From Mobula hypostoma (Eukaryota), in the NCBI RefSeq assembly GCF_963921235.1, contig NC_086097.1, forward strand, positions 212,538,001 through 212,602,000: DNA of 64,000 bases, read 5' to 3'. Positions within the stretch are counted from its first letter, which is position 1, and each line of letters begins with the position of its first letter. This document shows, one piece after another, positions 24,601 to 36,735 of this stretch. A program made the position numbers and the translations under genes. The notes beneath the pieces were generated by a model. The model worked only from the letters and a program-made list of their open reading frames with translations, searched no databases and was not told the DNA's origin.

Positions 24601-25715
24601 ATCAGAATCAGGTTAACTATCATTGGCATATGTTGTGAAATTTGTTCTTATGTGTCAGCAGTACATAAGGGGACACAAGAAAAAACTATATAAATATTCA
24701 CACACATAGAAGTTAAAACAAATAAGTAGTGCAAAAACAGAAAAAACGTAGAGTTCATGGGTTCATTGTCCATTCAGATATCTGATGGCAGAGGGGAAGA
24801 GGCTGTTCCTCACTTGTAGAGTGTGTGCGTTCAGGCTCCTGTTACTCCTCCCTGATAGTAGCAATGAGAAGAGGGCATGTCCTGGGTGATGGGGGTCCTT
24901 AATAAAGAATGTCAGCTTTTTGAGGCATCTCTCCTTGAAGATGTCCTGGGGAAGCTAGTGCCCACAATGGAGACAACTGAGTTTATAACTTCTTGCAGCT
25001 TATTTCAATCCTGTGCAACGGATTCACCTCTTCCCTCATACCAGGTGGTGATGCAGCCCATTGGAATGCTCTCCATGTTACATCATAGGTATTTGCAATG
25101 TCCTTGGTGGCATACAAAATCTCCTCAAACTCCTAAATGAAATATAGCTACTTTAGTGCCATCTTTGTAACTGCATCAATATGTTGGGCCCAGAGATCCT
25201 CAAAGATGCTGACACCCAGGAAATTGAAACTGTTCACCCTTTCCATTTCTGACCCCTCTATGGGGACTGGTGTTTTCCATTGTCTTACCCTTTCTGAAGT
25301 CCACAACCAGTTCTTTGGTCTGATTGACATTGAGTACAAGGTTGTAGCTGTGACACAATTCAACTAGCTGATACATTTCGCTCCTGCATACTTTCTTATC
25401 ACCATCTGAAATTCTGCCAACAATGGTTGTGTCTATAGCAAATTTATAGATGGCATTTGAGCTGTGCCTAACCACACAGTTATGGGTGCAGAGGGAGTAG
25501 AGCAGTGGGCTAAGCACACATCCAAGGGTTGATTATCAGTGAGAAGGAGATGTTCTTTCCGATTCACACAGATTGTGGTCTTCTGGTGAGGAAGTCAAGG
25601 ATCCAGTTGCAGGGGGAGGTACAGAGGCCCTGATTTTGGAACTTTTTGTTCAGACTTGTAGGAATTTAACTTGTGTTAAATGCTGAGCTCTAGTCAACAA
25701 ACAGCAGCCTGACAT
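24601..25715 (-). mobile_element. Rex1/Babar fragment (RT core to 3' tail)
   Basis: ORFs 25200..25517 (LSPLLYSL...YKFAIDTTIVGRI...KELVVDFRK) and 25148..25363; (TCTGAT)n-like tail. Confidence 0.85.
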
Positions 25716-25849
25716 AAGTGTATCTGAATAATTCAACTTCAGGCCAAATAAACATCATAGCTGAATTATTCCTCACATCTCCAGCATCATTTGTACCCAG
25801 CCAAATGCATGATCAGCTGTGCACAAAAAATCATATTTATGCAATTGGA

Positions 25850-26030
25850 AACCAAAAATCTGCAGATGCTGGAAATCTGAAATAAAAATAAAATGTTCTG
25901 TAAATATTCCGACAGTATCTGTGGAAATACAAATAAATTTCTGATGAAGGGATATCTATTTAAAATATTAATTTTGGTTCTCAATTCACAAATGAATGCT
26001 TTGAATATTTTCTGTTTTAATCTCATTTAT
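25850..26030. mobile_element. Old Penelope-derived inverted-pLTR remnant
   Basis: AATCTGCAGATGCTGGAAATCTGAAA left arm, central CTGATGAAGG, degenerate right arm. Confidence 0.55.
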
Positions 26031-26539
26031 GTAGTTCTCAGCTTTGTAATATGAATATAATGTATAAAAATTAACAGCTTTCTCTGGGAGTTTATTTCAC
26101 AAAATACACGGCATGGCAAGGAAAAGCATATGTTAGTTTGTTTCACTGGAGATTTGTTAGCTTTGAACCTGTCTTCTGTAGGTCTGTTCATGAGTTAAGT
26201 GTAAACAACCAGTTCGCCCTCTCTCCATTGGAGTATTCTGGCAATATTTTTTTTACCATTATTTTCCTGGATCATGTTTATCCATGTCTCTGTTTTCCCT
26301 TTCCCCTCATCTTCCCACCTTCTTTTCTCCAACGCAAAGAAGTTTGGCTTTGCAAGTATGACCCTAAGGTTAAGAATCATTTCAACAGATTTTTCTGAAT
26401 CCCTTCTAATACATCAATATACTTGTGAAGCCAAAGAATTCAAAAATGAAAACTAAACACAAAATAAGTCATTTTATAACTAGACCTACCAGATGCAACA
26501 GCATTATGTGGAGGAAACACTGTCCGACAAACTGATAGT

Positions 26540-27220
26540 CACATAGAGTCAAGCAGTACAGAACCAGGTCATTTAGTTCACTGACTCCATGCCAACATTA
26601 AGTATCCAATTAAAACTTTCTACACTAATCCCATTTCATTCACCCACATTCCCATTAACTCTCCCCATACTCAACTGCTTACCTATACACATGAGGCAAT
26701 TTGCATTGCCCAGTTAAATCAACAGATTCTCAGGTCTGCAATGTGAGAAGAAACCCATGCACTCCTAGGGAAAACATGCAAACTCCACAGACAGCACAAA
26801 TTTTGAAAGCTGCATAAAAGTAGTGACGGAAAGGATGCTGGATTTATCATGCAGATACAGTGCAGAATACAGGAACAAAAAGCAGTTCCCCAATTTAATT
26901 CATGTTTATGATGCACTTACACAATATATCTGCCTTCCTCATTTTATAATTCTTTGAGTTAAAAAAAATTATGTTAGAATTAATACTAATAATCCGACTA
27001 ACTTCCATTTCAGTTCAATGTTCTATTTACCTTTATCATAGAGTCACAGAGACATGACCTTGGGCCCATCATGTCTTTGTCAATGATCAAGTGTTCCTTT
27101 ATACTAATCTCATGTACCAGTACTTGGCCTACAGCCTGCTATGCATTTGTGATTCAAGTATTTGTCTGGATGCTTCTTAAATGCTGCGAGAATACATGCT
27201 TCCAGCACCCCTTTTCAGTG
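26540..27220 (-). mobile_element. SINE and CR1 3'-tail remnants (~26540-26800; ~27037-27220)
   Basis: CATAGAGTCA tail, GGCAATTTGCATTGCCCAGTTAA and GGGAAAACATGCAAACTCCACAGACAGCAC motifs. Confidence 0.6.
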
Positions 27221-28026
27221 TAGAAGCATGCGCTAATTCAATATCTTTGCAAAATCAGTTTTAAAAAGTTGAACATATTTGTTTTCTACCTGTCGGTTGA
27301 GAAACAATCATGATATTTTATTTAATAGTTGAAAAGCAATAATAAATTGTTTTGTGTTTCACTATTTGTCAGGCATAATGAGGTATGTGTAGATCATTTT
27401 CCCACTTATTGACCAGTCATGTTTTAAGAAGGAATTACAGTCTAAGGATTATGATTTAGAAAAACTACCAACCAACATAAGGGCACTTGATTTAGCACTC
27501 ATTTTGGGGTTACCCTGTCACAGAGAATGTACCTAAATGCCTCCAGAGAATGCTAAGAGTTGTGATTCCATAGCTACCTGAGATTGACACCAGAGGAAGA
27601 CTTTGGCTTGAAAACTAACTGAAGCAAGTTGTGTAGGTAGAAGCAAACAGATTTTTCCCAAGTCCAAATTAAAAATCTGGTTACTTGGCATCCTGTGGAA
27701 ATCTTACTCCACAACACACATCATGTTCCCCTGCTAAGATTTGTGTCTGGAAGTAAAAGCAATTTACAATTTTGTCCTTCAGCTGGGTATGCAGAATTTC
27801 GAAGCATCCTACAGGACCAAGCATGGGCCATCCACAACCGTATATAGACAATAAGGGATTAGTTCAGATCAGGTGATGCTAGGTTGTTTTATATCATAGA
27901 AAAAATAATTAATGTTACAGAACTGAGTTGATAGAGAGATTCGGCAATATCACCTATACAATTCAAAAACGGCAAATTACAAGGAGAGAACATTGAACAT
28001 CCATAATATAACCAAAGAGGAACAGG

Positions 28027-29950
28027 TCAAAGTTCATAGTTCAAAGTAAATTTATTATCAAAGAACATATATGTCACTATGTATTACATGAGATGAAAAC
28101 TCCTTGAAAGTGAGTCTGTTATTGCACTTACGTACTGGGCACAAAACAGGTCCTCTGAAATAATAACACCGAGGAATTTAAAGTTGTGGACCCTCTCCAC
28201 CTCTGATCCTTCGACGAGGACTGGCTCATGGACCTCTGGTTTCCTCCTCCTGAAGTCAATAATAGGCTGACATTGAGTAAGGAGTTATTGTTATGGCCAG
28301 ATTTTCAGCCTTGCTCCTATATGCTGATTTGTCACCACCTTTGATTCTGCCTATGACAGTGGTGTTCTCAGTAAACTTGAATATAGCATATGAGCTGTGC
28401 TTAGCCATACAGTCGTATGTGAAAAGCGAGTAGAGCAGAGGGCTAAGCACACAACCTTGTGGTGCAGCTATGCTGATGGAGATTGTGGAGGAGCTGTTGT
28501 TGCCAATCTGAACTGACTGGGATCTGCAAGTGAGGAAATCAAGGATCCAATTGCACAAGGAGGTATTAATGCCAAGGTCTTGAAGTATATTGATTAGTTA
28601 TGAGTGGATGATGGTATTGATTGCCGAGCTGACATATGCAACTTTGCTATCCAGATGTTTCAAGGCTGAGTGAAGAGACAATGAAATGGCATCTGCTGTG
28701 GACCTGTGTCTCAGGTAGGCGAATTGGAGTGAACCTCTCCAAACACTTCATCACTGTGGATGGAAGTGCTACTGGATGATAGTCATTGGGGCAGGTCACC
28801 ACATTCATCTTGGGCACCAGTATAATAGAAGCCTGCTTGAAGCAGGTCGGTACCTGAGACTGTCAAAGCCAGAGTTTAAAGATCTCATTGAACGCTCCAA
28901 CCACTTGATCAGCACAGGGTTTTAGTACTTGGCAAGGCACTCTGTCTGGCTTCACCCTGCTAAAGGTTGCTTGCCTCGGAGACTAAAATCACAGGATCGT
29001 CAGGAGCTGTGGGAGTTCTTGATGGTTCCTCCATGATGGTCAAATGCAACATAGAAGGCACTGAGCTCATATGGAAGTGAAATCCTATTCTCACAAGTGT
29101 ATCTTGATTTAACTTTATAAGAGGTGATAGCATTCGAGCCCTGCCATAAATGTCGAGCATCCTTCATTGATTCAAGTTTAGTCCAGAATTGGCACTTTGC
29201 CTATGAGATGGCAGGGCTACAATCTGGAGATTATGCCTGGACCTCTTGTAACTTTCTTGGTTGTCAGACCTGATCTGGCCCTGAGCAGATTGTGGATCTC
29301 ATGGTTCATCCAGCGCTTCTGGTTGGGGAAGATGCTGAATGATTTTGTAGGGATACACTCGTCTACAACTGTTTTAATAAAGTCCATGACAACCATGGTG
29401 TATTCATTCAGATCCATGGATGAGTGCTTGAACACAGCCCAGTCCACCAACCTGAAGCAATCCCATAGCCACTCCTCTGCCTCCTGTGACCACCTCTTTG
29501 ATCTCCTCACCTCTGAAGCTTTACTCTTTAGTCTCTGCCTGTACGCAGGTAAGAGAAAGACAGCCAAGTGATCCGATTTACTGAAAAGTGGTCTTTTGGA
29601 TGGAGCGGTAGGCAATCTGTATCTTAGTAAAACAGTGATTTTAGTGTGTTGGAACCTCTGGTGTTACAGATTATATGTCGATGGTAATTGGGTTGGGTTT
29701 TCTTTAAACAAGCTTAGTTAAAGTTCCCAATTATCATTTGAAATGCTTAGGGAAGAACTGTTTCTTACTTGGAGATGGCACCATGCAGTATCTCAAGCAC
29801 TTTATTATAATTGGCTGCTGGTGGTATGTAAACTGTGATCAGGATTATGGCGAACTCCCTCGGTAAACAGAATGGATGACATTTAACCCTTAGTTGTTCA
29901 CGGTCGGGGGAACACAAGTTCAACAGAACCGTCATATCGAAGCAACACCA
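28027..29950 (-). mobile_element. Degraded long Rex1/Babar element (endonuclease end, linker and RT)
   Basis: ORF 29217..29615 (FSKSDHLAVFLLPAYRQRLK...DCF..VDW...FPNQKRWMN) and ORF 28256..28558 (CNWILDFL...[14 protein letters not shown]). Confidence 0.85.
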
Positions 29951-30472
29951 AGAAATCCCTTTTCTGAGAAATGAAAATGGGACAAACTATGGCTTTGTAC
30001 AGGATTGAGAAATATCATTAGGCTAGGATGAGATCCACTCTGATTGCTTAAATTGATTTTCATGAAGGGTTTTTCCTAGCCCTTTATGTGACCACTGTGA
30101 AAAAGCCAGAAGCTTTCAGTATACAATCCCAATATATAGTCCAGCTCCAAGGCCGTTATATAATATTGGAAGCTGCAGAAATAAATCATAACTGAAATCA
30201 CTAATTGTTTTAATTAAAGTGTTCTGTAGAACCTCTTAACTTTCGGAAAAATGTTGACATCTTGAATCTCAAATAAAAACTGATGATATTGTAAAGTGCA
30301 TTTAAATATACCTACACAGTATCTAAGATATTGACACATCAGTTTTTTTCTGAATCAATTGCCTTACATTGTGAGAATTTCCAGCATGTTCTATCTGTAT
30401 ATCAAATTTGTAATACTGATTTACATGTACATTAAATTCTCTTGCACCTGATATAATCTGTACATACTGTTA

Positions 30473-30625
30473 ACACAAAATAATCTGCAGATGCTGGGGT
30501 CAAAGCAACACTCACAACACGCTGGGGGAACTCAACGAAGGGTTCCGGCCCAAAACGTCGACCGATCTTTTCCACGGATGCTGCCCGACCTGCTGAGTTC
30601 CTCCAGCGTGTTGTGAGTGTTACTT
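30473..30625. mobile_element. Penelope-derived fold-back mini-element with 9-bp TSD
   Basis: Inverted arms AACACTCACAACACGCTGGGGGAACTCA / TGAGTTCCTCCAGCGTGTTGTGAGTGTT; partial hammerhead ACGAAGGGTTCCGGCCCAAAACGTCGAC; TSD ATACTGTTA at 30464-30472 and 30626-30634. Confidence 0.8.
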
Positions 30626-31281
30626 ATACTGTTATATGGACATTAATTTTAACTGTCTCTGTAGCCAACATTGTTGTAAATTTCCAGTATGGACATTTTT
30701 GGTTGGTCTACCCCATGTGAAAAGCTTTCTGTTTTGGCTAGTTATTCCCAAGAAGACCTAGTACAGTCATCACAGCTCTTAATTTTGAATGTCCAAATTT
30801 TGAAAATCATGTTTCAAATCTCAATCTTTAACTGTGTGGTGTAATTTACAAGCACAGTATGAATGTACATAATTCTCTATACTGTGTCCTAAAAGATTTA
30901 TTTTATTTTCCTAAGGATACACATTTATATTTTTAAAACTGGATTATTTGTCTTTATTTTATGTCTGCCTTTTATTTTGTGACCTGCAAAGTTATTATCT
31001 GATTTTTACACTAGCATGCATCTGATTTTAAAGTAAACTTTCTTTGTCACCTTTTTCCAGCAATGTAGTTTCCCTTCCTTGTCTTCTCCATAAATGCATG
31101 TTCGCCTAGAAATTCCAACCTCCTTCAGTAGTGCTGAATGCACTAGCTACTATACACAGCTCGTAAAATGTTCTCTTGACTTCAATATATCAACCAGGAA
31201 TGGATTTCTAGTTAATATGCTATAATGTCTGTTCTAGCATAAGGTTTAATCAAAAGGTTAAAGAGAAAAAGCGACAGATAA

Positions 31282-32675
31282 AGTTCAAAGTACGAAGTAA
31301 AATTCATTATCAGATTACATACAACTCTTTATCCTGCAGGCACACTCAGCATAATCTATAGAATAGTAACTACAAACAGTTTCAATGAAAGAGCAAGTAG
31401 AGCAAAGAAGGCAACAGACTATGCAAATGCAAATATAAATAAACAGCAATAAATAAAGAGAGTATGAAATAACAAGAAAAAGAGTCCTTAAAATGAGATA
31501 AAGGGTCTTGGCTTGAAACGTCGACTGTTTACTCTTTTCCACGGATGCTATCTGTCCTGCTGAGTTCCTGCATTTTGTGCATGTTGCTTGGATTTCCAGC
31601 ATCTGCAGGTTTTCTCGTTTTTTAAAGTGCGATCACTGGTTGTGGGAACATCTCAATAAATGAATGTAGTTGCACTCTTTTGTTCAAGACCCTGATGGTT
31701 GTCTGGTAGTAACTGTTCTTGAACCTAATGGTGTGAGTCCTGAGGCTCCTGTACCTTCTACCCGACGGCAGCAGTGAGAAAGCGCATGGCGGGGGTGGTG
31801 AGGATCTTTGACGATGGATGCTGCTGTCCTACAACAGTGTTTGATGTAGATGTGCTCTTATTATTATATGATATACATCTATCTTCTGATTATATAGGAG
31901 GGAAACTGAAAATCTGGCTGAGGAGTGCTACAACAAACTCTCACAAGACTAAGGAGATTATTGACTTCATGAGGAGGTCTATGAGCCAGTCCTCATCAGG
32001 CATCAAAGGTTTGACATGTCATCTAAAACTGTGACAAGCCTCTATAGATGTGTGGTAGGGCATATAGACTGGTTGCATAATGGCCTCATGGAAACATCAA
32101 TGGCCTTATATGGGTAAGCCTATAAAAAGTAGAGGATATGGCCCAGTCCATCACAGATAACGCCATCCCCATCATTGAGCACATCTCCATGGAGCACCGT
32201 CACAGGAAAGCTAATTCCATCAGAGGACCCCCGCAATCCAGGGCATACTCTCTTCTCGGTGCAGCCATCAGGAAGGAGGTACATGTGCCTCAGGATGCTC
32301 ACCTCCAGGTTCAGGTACAGTTATCACTCCTCAACCATCAGGCTCTTGAACCAGAGGGAACTTCTCTCAACTTCATCACCCCATTATTGAACTGTTCTTG
32401 CAACCTACTGACTCACTGTCAAGGTCTCTTCATCTCATGTTCTCAATATTTATTGTTTAATAATTTACTATTATTATTTCTTTTTTTCTTTCTCTTTGGA
32501 TTTGCACAGTTTGTTATTTTTTTGCACATTGGTTGTTTGTCAGTACTGTTGGATGCGGTCTTTCATTGATTCTATTGTGCTCTTGAATCTACTGTGATTG
32601 ACCGCAAGAAAATGTATCTCAGGTTTGTATGTAGTGACATGTATGTACTTCGATAACGATTTTACTTTGAACTTG
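31282..32675. mobile_element. Two divergently oriented Rex1/Babar 3' fragments (- ~31282-31860; + ~31895-32675)
   Basis: PGHTLFSVQPSGRRY...TSRFRYSY..STIRLLN (ORF 32175..32390); ACTTTGAACTT tails at both outer ends. Confidence 0.8.
31500..31621 (+). mobile_element. Penelope pLTR fragment (hammerhead truncated before CUGA) nested in a Rex1 3' UTR
   Basis: AAGGGTCTTGGCTTGAAACGTCGACTG...GGATTTCCAGCATCTGCAG; degenerate TSD TTAAAATGAGAT (31488-31499) / TTAAAGTGCGAT (31622-31633). Confidence 0.8.
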
Positions 32676-32756
32676 GAACATCTGAGTTCAGAATCAGAAT
32701 AAGGTTTAATTTCACTGGCATATGTCGTAAAATGTGTTGTTTTGTGACAGCAGCAC

Positions 32757-33433
32757 TGTAAACGTAACTTTGCTGGATCAAATAACGACAGCACAAAAAG
32801 ATTGTTACTTATCTTTTCACCCGTTTATTTCTTCGAGCTCAGCCGGTGAGTGAACTTGGACCCGACATCAGGGAGAGACTCTTTCTCATCTCCCTGGTGG
32901 TTCTACAAGTTCACTGCCCGATGTCAGAATTGTCAGAAGTTATAAGGCCACCGATACAAAAGAACAATCAGTTTGATAACCATTCAGGCCAAGTCAATGG
33001 ACTACTGATACAGAGAACAATCAGTTTGACAACTATTCCGGCCAAATCAATGGACTATTGATACAAAAGTACAATCAATTTGTTAGATACTCCAGCCACC
33101 TTAATTAAAGAAAGGAATGTCCTACCAGGTCTGCTGGAGCCACAAGTTAATTACAAAGATAAGAACATCCGTGAAATTGATCCTTGAATTAAGAAAGGAA
33201 TGTTCTGTCTAATTTCCATCAGGTACTGCTTTTTGTCAAAATCAAAAAGTGTGAAAAGCCCAGAGACAACTTATGTGGATCTGGGCGAACTTTAACCCTT
33301 ATCTTGCTCCAAAGAAAGCAGCTGTGAGACATTATTCAAACACACTGCAGTCACAGACATAGTCAGTACTGAATCCATTGTTTACAGGAATCTGAGAATC
33401 CCCCATTCCCTTAAACTTTATCAGCACGTTACA
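32757..33433 (-). mobile_element. Probable solo LTR (ERV or Gypsy type)
   Basis: TG...CA ends with short inverted termini TGTAAACGT/ACGTTACA; on minus strand, tandem ~53-bp repeats, then TATAA (~32940), then AATAAA (32824-32829); interrupts a Rex1 3' UTR; no clean TSD seen. Confidence 0.7.
32953..33082. repeat. ~53-54-bp tandem repeat (about 2.4 copies) inside the LTR
   Basis: GATACA(A/G)A..GAACAATCAGTTTGA...GGCCAA.TCAATGGACTA units start at 32953, 33007, 33060. Confidence 0.9.
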
Positions 33434-33500
33434 TTACATAATACTAAAACCATAAATTACAACAGTATATAAAATAATCAAATAAATAGTGCAAAAAGAG

Positions 33501-33653
33501 AGGGAAAAATGGTCAGGTTCATTGTCCATTCTGAAGTCTTATGGTGTAAGGGAAAAATGCTCAGGCTCATTGTCCATTCTGAAGTCTGATGGTGTAAGGG
33601 AAAAATGCTCAGGCTCATTGTCTATTCTGAAGACTGATGGTGTAAGGGAAAAA
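33501..33653. repeat. 48-bp tandem repeat x3
   Basis: AGGGAAAAATGCTCAGGCTCATTGTCCATTCTGAAGTCTGATGGTGTA units at 33501, 33549, 33597. Confidence 0.95.
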
Positions 33654-36384
33654 CCTGTTCCTGAAACGCTGAGTGTGTCCTCAGGCTCCTGATCCTCTTC
33701 CTCGATGGTTGCAGTGTGAAGAAGGCATGTCCTAGATGACGGGATCCTTAATGTGGATGCTGCCTTTCTTAGGCATCGCCTTTTGAAGGTGTCCTGGATG
33801 CTAGTGCCCATAATGAAGCTGGCTGAGTTTACAATTTTCTGCAGTTTTTTCCAATCTTGCACAATGCTCCCTCCATATTAGATGGTGATGCAAACAGTTA
33901 GAGTGCTCTCCATGGTTCATCTAGATATTTGTGAGTGTTCTTGGTGACATACTAATTCTCCTCAAATTCCTAAGGAAGTATAGCCGCTGTTGTGCCTTCT
34001 CTGTAATTGCATCAATAGGTTTGGCCCAGGATAAATCCTCAGAGATGTTCACACCCAGAAACTTCAAACTGCTCACCCTTTTCACTTCTGATCCCTCTTC
34101 AAGGAATAGTGTATGTTTCCTCGACTTACGCTTCCTGAAGTCCAGAATCAATTCCTTAATCTGAATGACATTGAGTGTAATGTTGTCATTGCGACACATC
34201 TCAGCCAGCTGATCTATTTCACTCCCGTACATCTCCTCTTTGCCATCTCAAAATCTGCCAATAGTTGTGTCATCGGCAAATATATAGATGGTGTCTGAGC
34301 TGTGTCTAGCCACAAAATTGTGGGTGTAAAATTAACCTTTTATCACGAGATTTTCTTCATCCATTTATGTCTGGTATTTACTGTGAACCCCAATTACATC
34401 TATTATACCTTTATGTAGACTGGAATTTTAACCTTGGGGGTTAACCTTTGGAATGGACTAAATTTATTTCAAACAATGAGTAGGGAATTTCATGAGAATA
34501 AAATACTCAATAAAGTTTATGAATTGATTCAATATAACAGTCAACTTCCAAATAATTTGTGCTTTTTAGAATCATTCTACACATAGTTTCTTCCCTCATT
34601 TCTTTCTCTCTTCGCTTTTTTTAATTAATTTTTTATGAGTTTCTACAACAAAAAACATCAGCAGAGATTTATACAGTGCAAAACAAACATGTCTAATATA
34701 TAATTCATAACAATAAAGAAAAAGCACCCAAAATAAAATCATATCAAGTTGGTATCCTCCCCACCCTCCTCTCTTCCCTTTTTACTCTTCTTCATTTTCC
34801 TCCCCCTGCCCCCATGACAAATCATCATTTTCTGGCACTTCTATCACCTCCTCCAGTAGCATTCAGTTTATGTTCCTTATGGCTTTTATTTTAAAGATTC
34901 CTTATTTTTCTTTTCCTTGTACTTCTACCATAAATAAAGATAGGAAATTTAGAGTTCTATATAAGCCCAAAAATTAGTTCCATTTGTGCATGCTTCAGTT
35001 TTACCCAGGCTGATCGCGTCTGAGTGAAATCAAGAAATTGGACCAGTCACTTCTAATGCAATTGACAATTTCTTGCTACCATTTGCACACTTAATCATGA
35101 CTCTGTAAAATTCACAATTGTTGCCATAACTCAGAAAAGTTGGATGGAACTGGAACCTTTGCTGAACTCTCACTAAGAACAAGCAGCCTAGTCATGCAGG
35201 GATCAGAAAAGACAAGTTATTCGAAGGACTGATAAATGTCTTGTATAAAGTATCTGTCAGCCTCTGTTTTCAATAGTCCGATTATGAACAAAAGTACATC
35301 AGTGGTGGTCCCTTCATTGGTCACAGCCTTTTTTGTACAAATTGGGGCTGCACATTGCAATCACTGGCCCCTTAATTAGCTTGCACTTTGCAGAGACTTG
35401 GGCTCACTTACAGCACAGAGCAAGATCAAGGCAACTATCATGTGAGGGATGTCCAGCCACATGGGAAGTGCTGTGCCCTACTTTCTTTTGTTTCCGCTCA
35501 TCTCCATGACAGCCTTTACTGCAACTGTTCTGTGGCTGCCGTGGGGAATCTACAGTTTTCCAGTAATCTTCACAGCAATGACATGGTAGTTACAAACTCA
35601 TCATGTAGTTCCTGATGGCTCTCACTGGGAAATCCTGTCTGCCTTGGGTATTCAAGGAGCACATCTGCCTTATTTATGGTTTATACAGTACGTTCACTTG
35701 AAATCTACCGCCTACTGATGTCATATTCCAATGTTACAGCAAGCAAATGTTACTGGCTCCGACATCAGTGATTTCTGGGATCTGTGAGGTGACTGCCAAA
35801 AACCTAAGATGCCACTCTAAAACCAATTTGATGATACTTCAGTAGATTAAAAAAAACTTGTGTGGCAAGTATCACTGCTGGCTTTCACAGCAGCAGCTGA
35901 TAAAACCAGTTTGCACAATGTTGCCCTCCCTTTCCAATTGACAGCTGCATTAGGCTTAAAGTAGAGGAGCAGCAAGCCTACTATTGCTGGGTGCTGAAAA
36001 GATCAACTCACCATAACAGCACTGTTAAATCTGTTTTCAATATCATTCCCCCACCAGCAGATCAGCTTCTTCTTTCAAAAGACCATTCAAAATAGACAAG
36101 GGGTTAACAGCCCTAACATCTTCTTACTACGCTGAGCGGCTACAAAAAAAGGAAAATCTGAATTTAGCGGTAGCATTTCAACGAAGCATTGTCAGATCTC
36201 AGGTATCCCCTACAGATTTGCACTAGGGCTGGAACTAATCCTACCACACCAGCTACCACTATATGAGAAAATCTGCAGATGCTGGAAATCCGAGCAGCAC
36301 AGTAGTACTGCAACTGGGAGCAAATTGGATATCAAGTCAGGACTGTAATGGTTTGCAGCAAAATAAATGTAAATGATGCATAAA

Positions 36385-36735
36385 CTCTTCTCAGGCTTCT
36401 AGCCGGGTCCAGGCGTCAGTTTTAACAAGCATTTTGATGACAAGGTTTGCCATCTTAATCAGGAATGATGCCTAGGCATGCCTTGTCTAATACAGTATAC
36501 TCAACTCCTATCGTCCATCCCTCCAGATGGGTTAGTTCTCGACCAATAAGGTTGCCGCTGCCCTACCTTGTTTAAAATTGTATTCCAGTTCTTAAGCGAG
36601 ACCTTCATCTTTGTTGAAATTCTTATTTCAATGGCTTCCTTCACTAGGTGGTCCCAAAAGCAAAGTAGTTTTGTGCCATCAAAGTCAATCCTGTGGTCAA
36701 ATGCAAATGATCTTGCAACCAGCGCTAATGGGTGC
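36385..36735 (-). mobile_element. Second-family Penelope-like element 3' remnant
   Basis: ORF 36501..36737 HRIDFDGTKLL...LVKEAIEIR...W matches a Penelope GIY-YIG C-terminus; degenerate hammerhead downstream at ~36428-36463. Confidence 0.7.

Larger units (their letters stand above)
32686..34330 (-). mobile_element. Rex1/Babar fragment interrupted by a solo LTR
   Basis: ORFs 33921..34232 (KELILDFRK...KFLGVNISEDLSW...RLYFLRNLRR) and 33539..33862; tail at 32686-32700 continues after 33433. Confidence 0.85.

Noticed and set aside
33501..33653. Repeat-containing ORFs 33489..33692 and 33539..33862
   Set aside because: Local tandem triplication inside a Rex1 remnant, not a repeat protein
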